Virus record (IMG/VR): IMGVR_UViG_3300042879_006196
Coordinates: 62,001 to 126,000 of that record
DNA length: 64,000 nucleotides
Direction: 5' to 3' (one strand)
Shown: piece by piece, positions 46,626 to 56,938 of the stretch
Numbering within the stretch: the first letter of the stretch is position 1
How the letters are laid out: each line of letters starts with the position of its first letter
Position numbers and translations under genes: made by a program
The notes under the pieces: generated by a model
Databases searched by the model: none
Seen by the model: only the letters and a program-made list of their open reading frames with translations
What the model was told of the DNA's origin: nothing

Positions 46626-47489
46626 ATGAAAAGAGTAACACCAAAGTCATTACAAGAAAGACAAAACAACAAAAGCAAATATGCTGACCTTCCTAAGTTG
46701 AAGGACATTCTCGTAGACCTCTCTGTCAAAAACACTCCAAAGGTGGTTCGAAAGATCCGTCTTGTTGGTGAGGCACAACTTTTTACAGAGATACAAAATA
46801 AAAAGCGAATCCCTGGTCAAAAAGGAACTGAAGCTGTTCCTTTCCCTGATGTTCATAAAAATGCATCTCCAACTCGTATTGGTCATGATGATGAAACTAA
46901 GTGCCCTTGGAGAGCAATGGGATATATCGGATCAAGACGATATGCTCAACGCTGCTTAGAAGAACAAGAAGATGGTACTTGGGTACACAAGATTCTTGTC
47001 AAAGGACCATCAGTGTTTGACTTTTTCTTTGATTGGGAAGAAGGACGAAGAGCTGAAAACGATCCAAACATTTCCTGCTTCTTGGGTGGTGATGTAGCCC
47101 CTCCAGTGCGAATACAAGCCATTTATGATGCTACCAAGCTTGGCAATGTAGATTATAAAGTATTTGATGTGCCTAAAGATATGCCATTGACAGAAGAGCA
47201 TATTAACTTACTCCGAAGTGTTAGAGAACCGTCTGCTGATGAAATGAACGCTTTCAGGAATGAATACAATGAGGAGCGAAAAAATGATCCATCAATGCCT
47301 GAATGGAGAGACTATTTCGAGTACGGTCACGATATTCGAAGAATCTTCAAGCACACTCCTCCTATTGAAGATAATCCTGAAGAAGAGCAAAAGTCTGAAG
47401 AAAGCCACTCTTTTACACAATCTGAAACTGCCTCTACACAGTCTGAATCTGAAGATAACAGTTTTGATCTAGAGGATGTAAACTGGTAA
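46626..47489 (+). CDS. Putative single-stranded DNA-binding protein
   Basis: IRLVG..CP pattern; acidic tail ending in an aromatic residue; upstream of recA. Confidence 0.6.
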   Translation: MKRVTPKSLQERQNNKSKYADLPKLKDILVDLSVKNTPKVVRKIRLVGEAQLFTEIQNKKRIPGQKGTEAVPFPDVHKNASPTRIGHDDETKCPWRAMGYIGSRRYAQRCLEEQEDGTWVHKILVKGPSVFDFFFDWEEGRRAENDPNISCFLGGDVAPPVRIQAIYDATKLGNVDYKVFDVPKDMPLTEEHINLLRSVREPSADEMNAFRNEYNEERKNDPSMPEWRDYFEYGHDIRRIFKHTPPIEDNPEEEQKSEESHSFTQSETASTQSESEDNSFDLEDVNW

Positions 47490-48691
47490 TGGCAAAAGGA
47501 CCACTTAGCAAAGAAGAAAGACAAAAGCTTTTAGAAATAAAGCTTAAGTCTATTGGTTCCCTTGACAAAATTGTTAAGGGAGAGGATTTTGACGCTAGAC
47601 ACAAAGATTACATTCCTCTTGGAATCCCTGAGATTGAGTGTGAAATGGGTGATTTGCCTGGGTTCGTCATGGGCAACTTGATTGAACTAATTGGTGAAAG
47701 TGGTTCTGGAAAAACTTACGTTGCTTTAAAGGCAGCGGCACAAGCCCAAAAGAAGGGGATGAAAGTGGCTTTCTTTAACGTAGAAAATTCTTTCTACGAA
47801 AAGCGAGCTAACCAAATTGGTGTCATTACTAGAGATCCAAATCTTTTTGAAATGATTCCTAACTTAGGTTCTGGAGAAGTTATCTGTGACACTGTTTGTG
47901 CAATGGTAGAGTCTGGATTATACGGATTAATTATTGTTGACTCTGTAACAGCATTAATTCCAAGTGATAGTTTGGAAAAAAGCTTTAATGATCCTCGGAA
48001 AATTGGTGCACATGCTGTGCTTGTTGGTGAGCTTGCAAAAAAACTCACCTTCTTAACTGGAGAGTACAATACTAATGTAATCTTGATTAACCAATTCAGA
48101 ATTGGCGCAGGAGCTATGCCAAATACTTTTGTGAAGAAACCTACAGGTGGTGAAGGATTATACTTCTATGATCACTATAGATTTACTTTTAAAAAGATTG
48201 GTGGAGCCGCTGGCGCCATTTACAATGCTGATAAACAAATTATTGGAGGTAAAACCGAGCTGACAATGCACAAAATTCGTTATGCCGCTCCAAATACAAA
48301 GGTAATTTTTCCAATCTACTTTACAGAAGAGGACTCAAATCCTGTTATTGACTTTTTAATGAGAGCAAAAGCAAGAAATGTTGAGTTAATCAAAGAAGTG
48401 GGGGCTAAAAACAAAAAGCGTTATCAATATATTACCGAAGACGGTGAAATTATTGAATCAGGTGAAGCAAAAGAGTTTATTAACTTTTTGATGAAAATTC
48501 CAGCGCCTTCAAAACGCACAAGAAATGACCAATCAGCAACAGCATTTGAATACATTTGTCGAAAGATTAAGTTTGACGACAAAATGGTAAGTGAAATGCT
48601 TGAAAAACTTGAAACAGAAAGTGTTTTTGAAACACCTTCCGAGTTGATAGGATATACTGAAGAAGTAGATTTCAATGATAGCTCAGATTGA
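47489..48691 (+). CDS. recA: RecA/UvsX recombinase
   Basis: GESGSGKT, IIVDSV.AL, INQFR and TGG motifs. Confidence 0.9.
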   Translation: MAKGPLSKEERQKLLEIKLKSIGSLDKIVKGEDFDARHKDYIPLGIPEIECEMGDLPGFVMGNLIELIGESGSGKTYVALKAAAQAQKKGMKVAFFNVENSFYEKRANQIGVITRDPNLFEMIPNLGSGEVICDTVCAMVESGLYGLIIVDSVTALIPSDSLEKSFNDPRKIGAHAVLVGELAKKLTFLTGEYNTNVILINQFRIGAGAMPNTFVKKPTGGEGLYFYDHYRFTFKKIGGAAGAIYNADKQIIGGKTELTMHKIRYAAPNTKVIFPIYFTEEDSNPVIDFLMRAKARNVELIKEVGAKNKKRYQYITEDGEIIESGEAKEFINFLMKIPAPSKRTRNDQSATAFEYICRKIKFDDKMVSEMLEKLETESVFETPSELIGYTEEVDFNDSSD

Positions 48692-49400
48692 ACAATTCCA
48701 GAGAGAACTAAATCTATCCTCAAGTGCTAAAAAGTATCTTGAGGATAGATTTTTTGATTCAACTACTGTTGAGCAATTTAATATTGGATTTTGTCCTTCA
48801 TGTTCAAGTTTCAATTTTGATTTGCTTAATGGTAGAATTGTAGTTCCAATTTTTGACGTGTATGGAAAGCACATTGCTTTTGCAGGTAGAAAACTTGATA
48901 ATTACAGCACTGACGTTAAAGATTTCTATCAACAAAAAACATCTGATTTAGTGGGTTTGAATAAATTTTTGAAGTGGAAAACCTCTAAATGGATAAACAC
49001 TCCTTATACAAAAGCTAATCACCTGTACAACTTAGACAAAGCTAAAAAACATATTTTTGACTTAGGGTTCTGTGTGATAGTTGAAGGATATTTTGATGTT
49101 ATGCGATTATCTCAGCTTGGGTATAAAAATGTAGTGGCTTTATGTGGCACTTCGCTTACATCAAGACAATGCGAACTAATTTACAGATACACCAACAAAA
49201 TATTAATTATGCTTGATGGTGACGAAGCTGGTAAGACAGCAACAAATAAAACAATTTTCAAAGCAAGGGCAAACAATATTTTCGCCAATGTTATTGATAT
49301 GCCTGAAAATTTAGATCCTGATGATTTAGATCAAGAAACACTTGAAATAATCTTCAATGAGATAATTAATTCAGATGAAGAGGTGTATATAAAACTATGA
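48675..49400 (+). CDS. dnaG: DnaG primase catalytic core (Toprim), lacking the zinc finger
   Basis: F.IGF, RIV.PI, FAGR, KWIN, VEGYFD, GT, DGDEAG and DPD motifs. Confidence 0.88.
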   Translation: MIAQIEQFQRELNLSSSAKKYLEDRFFDSTTVEQFNIGFCPSCSSFNFDLLNGRIVVPIFDVYGKHIAFAGRKLDNYSTDVKDFYQQKTSDLVGLNKFLKWKTSKWINTPYTKANHLYNLDKAKKHIFDLGFCVIVEGYFDVMRLSQLGYKNVVALCGTSLTSRQCELIYRYTNKILIMLDGDEAGKTATNKTIFKARANNIFANVIDMPENLDPDDLDQETLEIIFNEIINSDEEVYIKL

Positions 49401-51142
49401 AAAAAGCAGAATGGATTTTAAAATCATTTAGTAGAGAACTCGCATCCACTTTAGCAGAAGAGTGCGAAGTACCTAAGCCTATTGCTAACATTTTAGCAAG
49501 TAGAGGAATTGATTCTAAAGAAAAAGCACTTGAATTTATTGAAAAGCCAGCAAAATTAATTAGAAACCCTAAAAATTTGCCAGATTGTGATAAAGCTGTT
49601 GCGCGATTAAAAAAAGCAATTGAAGAAAAAGAAAAGATTTATGTTTGGGGCGACTATGATGTTGATGGGATCACATCCACTTCTATTGTCGTTACATGTT
49701 TTGAAATGTTTGGTGCAAATTTTATTTATAAAGTACCAAATAGATTTGATGATGGCTATGACATTAAAAGGCACTCTGTTGATGAATGTATTAAAGAAAA
49801 ATGCACACTTCTTATGAGCGTGGACTGTGGAATTGTCGCTTTTGACACTGCAGATTATGCCAAAGAACAAGGCATAGATGTAATTGTTACAGACCATCAC
49901 TCTCCAAGCGAAGACGGTAAAATTCCAGACTGTGTGGCTGTAGTTAATCCAGCTAGATTGGATTCTGAATATGGCTTTTCTGGGCTGTGTGGAGCCACTG
50001 TAGCATTTAAATTAATGTTAGCACTTGGTAGAGCATTAAATTTTGATTTGAATAAAATTGTTTCTGAAACAATTGAATTTGTTGCACTAGGAACTGTCGC
50101 AGACGTTGCGCCAATGACTGATGAAAACAGAGTTTTAGTTCACAAAGGATGCCAAGTACTATCTAACTCTAAAAAAATGGGTATTCAAGAAATTTTAAAA
50201 ATTGCTGGAGCTAAAAATGTTGATACAACAACTATTGGATTCCAAATTGGTCCTAGAATGAATGCTATAGGTAGATTATCTGATCCAATGATTGCTGTAG
50301 AGTTAATGTTAGAGAAAAGCCCACAAAGAGCAAAGTTTTTAGCAAACCAACTTGACACAGCAAATAAACGAAGACAATCCAAACAAGAGCACATGGTTCA
50401 AGAAGCCTTAGATATGGTTGAAGAAGAAAAACTATATGAAATGTCTGCAATTGTATGTTGGGCAAAATCTTGGCATCCAGGGTTGATAGGGCTAGTATCT
50501 GGCAAATTAGCAGAAAAATATCATAGACCTGCGATTGTACTTGCATTAAATGATGAAGGTAAAGCAAAAGGGTCTTGCCGTTCCACTAAATCAGTGAATA
50601 TTTTGAATATTTTGAAACATAAAAAAGTTTTGGATTATTATTCAAAAAAACTTGATGGTAACCCAATAGTTGGTGGACACGCCTTTGCTGCTGGAATGGA
50701 AGTTCCTGAAAAAAATCTTGAGGCGTTTAGAGACTCTGTTTGTGAAGTACTCACAGAACTAAATCCAGACTTTGCTCCTGGCAATAGAATCTTCTTTGCA
50801 GATTCATTTATAGCAGCTGGTGAGGTTAATGATACAACTTTTGAGTCTTTACAGGGACTCGCTCCTTTTGGTTCTGGTCACACAGAGCCAGTGTTTTGGT
50901 TAAATAAAGTTAAGGTCTTAGAGCAAAAACATTTATCCAATGGTAAACATTTGAAATTCATATTACAACATGATAGATTCAAGTACAAAAAACTTTCAGG
51001 GCTATTATGGCATAGGGCTTCAGATTACAATGACAACTATGTAGAAGAATATATTGATCTGCTTTTTACTTTTGGTAAAGAAACTCGCGGTTTTGGTTCA
51101 CAATTTTATTTACAAATTGTAGATTTTAAAATTTCTGAGTAA
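49397..51142 (+). CDS. recJ: ssDNA exonuclease RecJ
   Basis: GDYDVDG, DCG, TDHH, GTVAD, GS.RS and GGHA.AAG motifs. Confidence 0.93.
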   Translation: MKKAEWILKSFSRELASTLAEECEVPKPIANILASRGIDSKEKALEFIEKPAKLIRNPKNLPDCDKAVARLKKAIEEKEKIYVWGDYDVDGITSTSIVVTCFEMFGANFIYKVPNRFDDGYDIKRHSVDECIKEKCTLLMSVDCGIVAFDTADYAKEQGIDVIVTDHHSPSEDGKIPDCVAVVNPARLDSEYGFSGLCGATVAFKLMLALGRALNFDLNKIVSETIEFVALGTVADVAPMTDENRVLVHKGCQVLSNSKKMGIQEILKIAGAKNVDTTTIGFQIGPRMNAIGRLSDPMIAVELMLEKSPQRAKFLANQLDTANKRRQSKQEHMVQEALDMVEEEKLYEMSAIVCWAKSWHPGLIGLVSGKLAEKYHRPAIVLALNDEGKAKGSCRSTKSVNILNILKHKKVLDYYSKKLDGNPIVGGHAFAAGMEVPEKNLEAFRDSVCEVLTELNPDFAPGNRIFFADSFIAAGEVNDTTFESLQGLAPFGSGHTEPVFWLNKVKVLEQKHLSNGKHLKFILQHDRFKYKKLSGLLWHRASDYNDNYVEEYIDLLFTFGKETRGFGSQFYLQIVDFKISE

Positions 51143-51240
51143 CTTTTTTTATTTCTCATACGTATATATATTTAGTTCGTCTCCTCTAGTAGACCAAAGA
51201 ACTGTTTTTTGCGCAAAAGGATTTGCGTAATAAGGAATAT

Positions 51241-52152
51241 ATGAGAGGAGACTTATTAAATTCAGAATATCAAAATAGACTCGAAGAAGCGGTAATCAGT
51301 TACCAAGACATAGTTAGCAAAGGCAATTCTAATGAGATAGAACTTGCCTACAAGAGTATTGTTGCTCTTTACAACCCTTTAGATTTTTATCATGAGTGGT
51401 ATGATAAATATAAATACTTATTTGATTCACAAGAAGATTTTGTTGCAGATTACCTTAGGGTTTTTGCAACAGTCTTGCTTGGTTGGAAGCCAAGAGGTGA
51501 AAGAGCTAAATCTCGTTATGAGGGTAGCGGAGAATTTAAAAATTATTTCATTGGCTCACTTTATCACAATTATATTAACCTAGTCAAATCTGACCAAGCA
51601 GCCAAAAGAAATCTAACTAAACAATGTCCAATTTGTAAAGATTGGGTCAATCCAATTTCCACACATTTAATCACATGTCACTCAAATTTATTGTGGGAAT
51701 GTTTAGATGAAATGGGTATTGATTTGGAGTTGTCAACTACTTGCCCGCTATGCACAAATTTCAAAATTGCTAAATCAAACAATGATCGCACAAAAATTAC
51801 ACAGTTATTAAAAGCTCATTTTATTTCTAAACACACTTCTTTGCTTTTCAATAAGTTCAATGAGCTTTATCCAGATATTTCGACTATTGCACCTAAAGTT
51901 TCGTCCGTTTATTTAGAAGATAATAATGAAGAGCTAGATGTCTACGAATTAACTGAATCCAAAGACAGTTTGATAAATAAATTAATGTTACTTGATTTGG
52001 ATGAAGTTCAAAAAAGCATTATTGATCAAATATTGAATGGTGACACTAATTTAGTATATAAAGCAGATAAATATAAATGTACAAAAGACGAGTGGGATCA
52101 TGCAATGGAAAACTTGAAGGAGACTATAAGCATTTATGGATACGAACAATGA
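51241..52152 (+). CDS. Sigma-factor-like protein with two inserted zinc fingers
   Basis: Region-2-like EDF......F......FKNYF....HNYIN; CPIC..H..H and CPLC..H..H. Confidence 0.5.
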   Translation: MRGDLLNSEYQNRLEEAVISYQDIVSKGNSNEIELAYKSIVALYNPLDFYHEWYDKYKYLFDSQEDFVADYLRVFATVLLGWKPRGERAKSRYEGSGEFKNYFIGSLYHNYINLVKSDQAAKRNLTKQCPICKDWVNPISTHLITCHSNLLWECLDEMGIDLELSTTCPLCTNFKIAKSNNDRTKITQLLKAHFISKHTSLLFNKFNELYPDISTIAPKVSSVYLEDNNEELDVYELTESKDSLINKLMLLDLDEVQKSIIDQILNGDTNLVYKADKYKCTKDEWDHAMENLKETISIYGYEQ

Positions 52153-52531
52153 AAAAGAAATTTTGATTGAAAACAACAGTGAAGTTAATGAAAAATTTAT
52201 CTTTGCCGATGACGCTTTTACATTAAGAGTTAGAGGTGGTGTCTATGACCCTGAAAAACCTAGCAAAAAACCGACAGACCCTGTGGCATTATCAAGAGCA
52301 ATATTGCACGTATTGCGAAAAAATGAATACGTTAAAGTCGAGTCTGTCGGTCCTAATGCTTTGGTGATTGCTATGAAAGCGTTTATACTTGCTGCTAACG
52401 AAGTGGAAAGTAGAACAAACGGTGCAGTTTTGGTTTGCAGGCAAGCAGAATATGAAGCAATCGTGAATAATAAAAAAACAAAAGGTGTATGCACAAGAAT
52501 CTTCGGGATACCAATAAAATACACCCTATAG
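52136..52531 (+). CDS. spoVS: SpoVS-like (Alba-fold) protein
   Basis: P.ALSRAI..VLR....V....VGP.AL..A.KA...A resembles SpoVS PxxVAGAI....IGAGAxNQAVKA. Confidence 0.65.
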   Translation: MDTNNEKEILIENNSEVNEKFIFADDAFTLRVRGGVYDPEKPSKKPTDPVALSRAILHVLRKNEYVKVESVGPNALVIAMKAFILAANEVESRTNGAVLVCRQAEYEAIVNNKKTKGVCTRIFGIPIKYTL

Positions 52532-52980
52532 TTTTACGAGTTTTACGAAATTTTCCTGATTTTTTTGCAGGAAAAACAGAGGAAAAAACAGAGGAAAATT
52601 TGCCTGTTTTAGATCGCGAAAATGTGCAAAAATTAATTGAAAAAAGGGTAAAAATGATAGGCGCTTTTGTCCCTTTTCGAGAAAATAAGATAAGAAAGAG
52701 ACTTCTGGTTTTTATCAAAAAAAACCGCAGGGCTCTTATAAATGAACAAACTTGCTGCAGGCTCATAAAGCAATTTACGCCAGCAGCTTTTTTGTTCTGC
52801 GAAGTTTGTGAACATGAACATGAAACCATAAATTGGGACGCTTGTAAAATGTGCGGAACTTTTAATAATTACATAATTTAAGCTCAATTTAATGAGTATA
52901 TATAGTATATAAAATGAAAAAAATAGACCTGATTCGTGATACTGTTAATATTCATTTTGGAGCAAAAGTGAGAAAATAAA

Positions 52981-53955
52981 ATGCTATTTGAAGAACAATT
53001 ATCAAGAAAACCTAATCTATATCCTTGGACACAGGGATTTATCGACGTTATGGAAGAAGGACACTGGACAGCCAAAGAATTCAATTTTCAAAGCGACTTG
53101 CATGATTATAAAATCACATTCAATGATGAAGAAAGAGAAGTGATCAAAAATACTCTTTCAGCTATTGCACAAATTGAAGTAGCTGTTAAAAAGTTTTGGT
53201 CAAAAGTTGGAGATAATTTTCCACACCCAAGCATTAATGATTTGGGAGTGGTAATGAGTCATGTGGAAGTAATTCACAACATTGCTTACGAAAAACTCTT
53301 AAATGTATTAAATTTAGATGATGTGTTTGAAGAAAATCTCAAGCTTGACATCATCAAGGGCAGAGTTAAATATTTACGAAAGTACACACATAGATATTAT
53401 GAAAATTCTAAAAAACAATATCTTTATGCATTAGTGCTTTTTACTCTTTTTGTAGAAAATGTTTCATTGTTTTCTCAATTTTATGTTATCAATTGGTTTA
53501 ACAGACACAAAAATGTTTTGAAAGATACTGCACAGCAAGTGGCATATACTGCCAAAGAAGAGACTGTACATGCTTTGGTAGGTATTAAGCTCATCAATAC
53601 AGTTAGAAATGAGTATCCTGAATTATTTGACCAGGAGTTTGAACAAAAAATCTTGTCAGAAACTGTTGAGGCTTTCGAGTGCGAAGCTAAAATTATTGAT
53701 TGGATTTTAGGTGATTATTCTGGTGAAAAACTATCTACCAATCATTTGAAAGAATTTGTCAAGGACAGATTGAATCAATCACTAGCTGCTATTGGGTTCA
53801 AAGAAGTTTTTGAAGACATAAATAAAGAGATTTTAGCGGAGACAGAATGGTTTAACGAAGATGTGCTCGGTAATACCAACACAGACTTTTTCTATGCTCG
53901 TCCAGTAAATTACTCTAAAGGAAACAAGAGCTATGACTCAGAGGAGCTTTTTTAA
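52981..53955 (+). CDS. nrdB: Ribonucleotide reductase class I beta subunit
   Basis: HW...E, QIEV, EVIH..AY, EN.SLF, E..H and DFF motifs. Confidence 0.92.
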   Translation: MLFEEQLSRKPNLYPWTQGFIDVMEEGHWTAKEFNFQSDLHDYKITFNDEEREVIKNTLSAIAQIEVAVKKFWSKVGDNFPHPSINDLGVVMSHVEVIHNIAYEKLLNVLNLDDVFEENLKLDIIKGRVKYLRKYTHRYYENSKKQYLYALVLFTLFVENVSLFSQFYVINWFNRHKNVLKDTAQQVAYTAKEETVHALVGIKLINTVRNEYPELFDQEFEQKILSETVEAFECEAKIIDWILGDYSGEKLSTNHLKEFVKDRLNQSLAAIGFKEVFEDINKEILAETEWFNEDVLGNTNTDFFYARPVNYSKGNKSYDSEELF

Positions 53956-55604
53956 TGAAGAATATTGAATGGCTTAATGAAGATTCCCGCACGTTTCTTG
54001 CCAGAGGGTATTTAAGAGAGGGCGTAGAACCTGAAGATCGTATCAAAGCTATTGTTGAGACTGCCAGTAAATATCTTTATAAAATTGAAGATTTCAAAGA
54101 AAAATTTGAAGATTACTTAGCTAGGGGTTTTTATTCTTTGGCTTCTCCAGTTTGGAGTAATTATGGAGAGTCCAGAGGTTTACCAATCAGTTGCAATGGT
54201 CAATACATTGATGACTCTATGGACGACATTCTTTATTGTAATGGAGAAACTGGAATGATGACAAAACATGGCGCTGGCACTTCTGCTTATTTTGGAGCTT
54301 TGAGGGGTCGTGGAAGTGATATTTCTGCTGGAGGTAAATCATTTGGATCAGTGCATTTCATGCAAATGTATGATACGACAACAAGAATTGTAAGTCAATC
54401 TAATGTTAGAAGAGGTTCGTTTGCGGCTTATTATCCAATTGAAGGTCCAGATATTCTTGAATTTTTAGAAATTAGAGAAAATGGAAACGCAATTCAAGAC
54501 ATGAGCATTGGAGTCACCATCACTGATGAATGGATGAAAGCCATGAAAGATGGAGATAAAGACAAAAGAAAACTTTGGGCTAGAGTTATTAAAAAACGCT
54601 TTGAAACTGGCTATCCATATATCTTTTGGACTGATACAGTGAACAAAAACGCACCTCTTTGGTATAGAGACAAAGGTATGAAAATTCATGCGTCTAATCT
54701 CTGTTCTGAAATTTGCTTACCATCTGATGTTGAGAACTCTTTTGTGTGTGATCTTTCATCTATGAATTTGCTAAACTTTGAGAAATGGAAGGATACAGAT
54801 GCTGTAGAAATTCTCACTTATTTCCTTGATGCTATTATGGAAGAGTACATAGAAAAAACAAAAGATTTACCTTTCATGAAAAAAGCTCACAATTTTGCAA
54901 AAAATCATAGAGCTTTAGGACTTGGTGGTTTGGGTTGGCATTCATATTTACAATCCAAGATGATTGCATTTGAATCCACAGAAGCAAAAATTAAAAACAC
55001 TCAAATTTGGAAGTTGATCGAAGAAAAAACTATTTTAGCTTCTAAGAAAATGGCAGAACTATATGGAGAACCAGCTGTTCTTAAGGGCTACGGTATGCGA
55101 AACTCCACATTAGTTGCAGTTGCGCCTACCACTTCATCTTCTTTCATATTAGGGCAAGTGTCTCCAAGCATTGAGCCACTTAATTCAAACTATTTTGTTA
55201 AAGACTTAGCTAAAGGAAAATTTACATACAAGAATCCTTTCCTTAAAGAAGTGCTTGCGAAGTATGACAAAGATGATTCAGCAACTTGGAAAACTATTAT
55301 GGTGCATGGTGGTTCTGTTCAACATCTTGATTTCTTAACTGAAAATGAAAAAATGGTATTCAAGACTTTTGGAGAAATTTCACAAAAAGAAATTGTAATC
55401 CAAGCGGCGGCTAGACAAAAGTATATTGATCAAAGTCAAAGCTTAAACTTAATGATTCATCCTGACACTTCTCTCAAAGATGTTAATGAATTAATGATTT
55501 TTGCTTGGGAATCAGGAATAAAAACATTGTATTACCAAAGAGGGACTAATCCAAGTCAAGAATTGGCGAGAAATTTATTAAACTGTGTTAGCTGTGAAGC
55601 GTAA
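53955..55604 (+). CDS. nrdA: Ribonucleotide reductase class I alpha subunit (no ATP cone)
   Basis: PISC, SNLCSEI, APT.SS, DQSQS.N, KTLYY and C-terminal CVSC. Confidence 0.93.
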   Translation: MKNIEWLNEDSRTFLARGYLREGVEPEDRIKAIVETASKYLYKIEDFKEKFEDYLARGFYSLASPVWSNYGESRGLPISCNGQYIDDSMDDILYCNGETGMMTKHGAGTSAYFGALRGRGSDISAGGKSFGSVHFMQMYDTTTRIVSQSNVRRGSFAAYYPIEGPDILEFLEIRENGNAIQDMSIGVTITDEWMKAMKDGDKDKRKLWARVIKKRFETGYPYIFWTDTVNKNAPLWYRDKGMKIHASNLCSEICLPSDVENSFVCDLSSMNLLNFEKWKDTDAVEILTYFLDAIMEEYIEKTKDLPFMKKAHNFAKNHRALGLGGLGWHSYLQSKMIAFESTEAKIKNTQIWKLIEEKTILASKKMAELYGEPAVLKGYGMRNSTLVAVAPTTSSSFILGQVSPSIEPLNSNYFVKDLAKGKFTYKNPFLKEVLAKYDKDDSATWKTIMVHGGSVQHLDFLTENEKMVFKTFGEISQKEIVIQAAARQKYIDQSQSLNLMIHPDTSLKDVNELMIFAWESGIKTLYYQRGTNPSQELARNLLNCVSCEA

Positions 55605-55612
55605 GAGGAATT

Positions 55613-56017
55613 ATGAATAATGAATATGTTGAAAGAGTGGTAAAAATATTAGATGCAGAAGTAAAACAGGATTTAGGAGATAATGAAAATCCAAAATTCA
55701 AGCAATCTTTAGTTCTATTACTTCAAGATATTGAAAATAATGAAGTTTTCAAAACAATTCTTCAAGAAGAAGATATCAGAAAAATTGTAAGAATTAACTC
55801 TCCACTCACCAGCAAGCAACTCATTGATCTTTGTATTTTGCTAAGACAAAGAGAGGAACCATTAAGATTGATGGTTCCTCAGTCATCTTTTGAAATTTCA
55901 GCAGATGACATTTTAAAAAATACTCAACCTCCTAAAAAAAATAGAAGACGTAAAAGAAATTCAAGAAATAGAAAAAAAATCTATCAATCAAACGATAATA
56001 ATCGTAAAATAAATTGA
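55613..56017 (+). CDS. Hypothetical protein with basic C-terminus
   Basis: GAGG SD; ORF. Confidence 0.65.
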   Translation: MNNEYVERVVKILDAEVKQDLGDNENPKFKQSLVLLLQDIENNEVFKTILQEEDIRKIVRINSPLTSKQLIDLCILLRQREEPLRLMVPQSSFEISADDILKNTQPPKKNRRRKRNSRNRKKIYQSNDNNRKIN

Positions 56018-56472
56018 TGGATAATTACATTGAATTAGCACTAAGAACCGAACCTACAACAGAACAATATGAAGAAATTCTGAAGCGCGTAGGTAATCCA
56101 GAAATCATTCGACTTTTACATGCTTTTATGGGTCTCAGCACTGAAGCAGGAGAAATTGTAGATGCACTTAAAAAGCACATATTTTACGGAAAAAATTTAG
56201 ATTTAATTAATATTGCTGAGGAACTTGGAGATTGTGAATGGTACGAAGCAATTGCAGTAGATGCTTTATCTAAGCTACTTAATCGCGAACCAAAAGATCT
56301 CGAAAACACAATCAAGGAAATTAACATCAAGAAATTGCAAGAGCGATATCCTGAGAAATTTTCTGAACAAAGTGCCATACACAGGAATATTGATGCAGAA
56401 AGAGACATTTTAGGTGCTGTTGAAGATCCTAAAAAAATGATCAGATATGGCTCAGGAGAAGCAAATGCCTAA
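56017..56472 (+). CDS. MazG-like nucleotide pyrophosphohydrolase
   Basis: GL.TEAGE..D..KK, EELGD.WY and N..KL..RYP motifs. Confidence 0.85.
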   Translation: MDNYIELALRTEPTTEQYEEILKRVGNPEIIRLLHAFMGLSTEAGEIVDALKKHIFYGKNLDLINIAEELGDCEWYEAIAVDALSKLLNREPKDLENTIKEINIKKLQERYPEKFSEQSAIHRNIDAERDILGAVEDPKKMIRYGSGEANA

Positions 56473-56938
56473 GACTATCCACTACACAGAATCTAAAGAG
56501 CTGAAAGAATTAGCCAAAAAACTGCGTGGAGCGTATGTAAATGTTATTGGGTATGTTGATTTAGAAAAAATATTTTTTGCTTTTAAGGGTGGTGATGTAA
56601 ATGATGATTTTCAATACGAAGTGCTAGGGCTAAAAAATGAATGGGTAAAACACACCTCTAGTAAAGGCGACGAACCAAAAGTATACTGTATTGCTTTTGC
56701 ATTTGATGCCTATCAACAAGCTTTAGGTTCACAGCTTGAATGGATTTTGTTAGAAGCTTTATATTCTTGTCATCCACTTATGGATGGAAAATTAAGAAGA
56801 AAAGATGTTCATCAATACTCAAGATTTTTAAAAACTCTTGAAGATCTGGGAGAAAGTTTTACATGGAGAGCAAACAATCACTTGCCTTCTTTACTTGGTG
56901 ATGAAACCATTGTATTTGCATTAGAGGAAGATGAATGA
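56447..56938 (+). CDS. Hypothetical protein (degenerate phage metallopeptidase-like fold)
   Basis: Overall pattern similar to that family, but HEXXH is replaced by LEALY. Confidence 0.4.
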   Translation: MAQEKQMPKTIHYTESKELKELAKKLRGAYVNVIGYVDLEKIFFAFKGGDVNDDFQYEVLGLKNEWVKHTSSKGDEPKVYCIAFAFDAYQQALGSQLEWILLEALYSCHPLMDGKLRRKDVHQYSRFLKTLEDLGESFTWRANNHLPSLLGDETIVFALEEDE

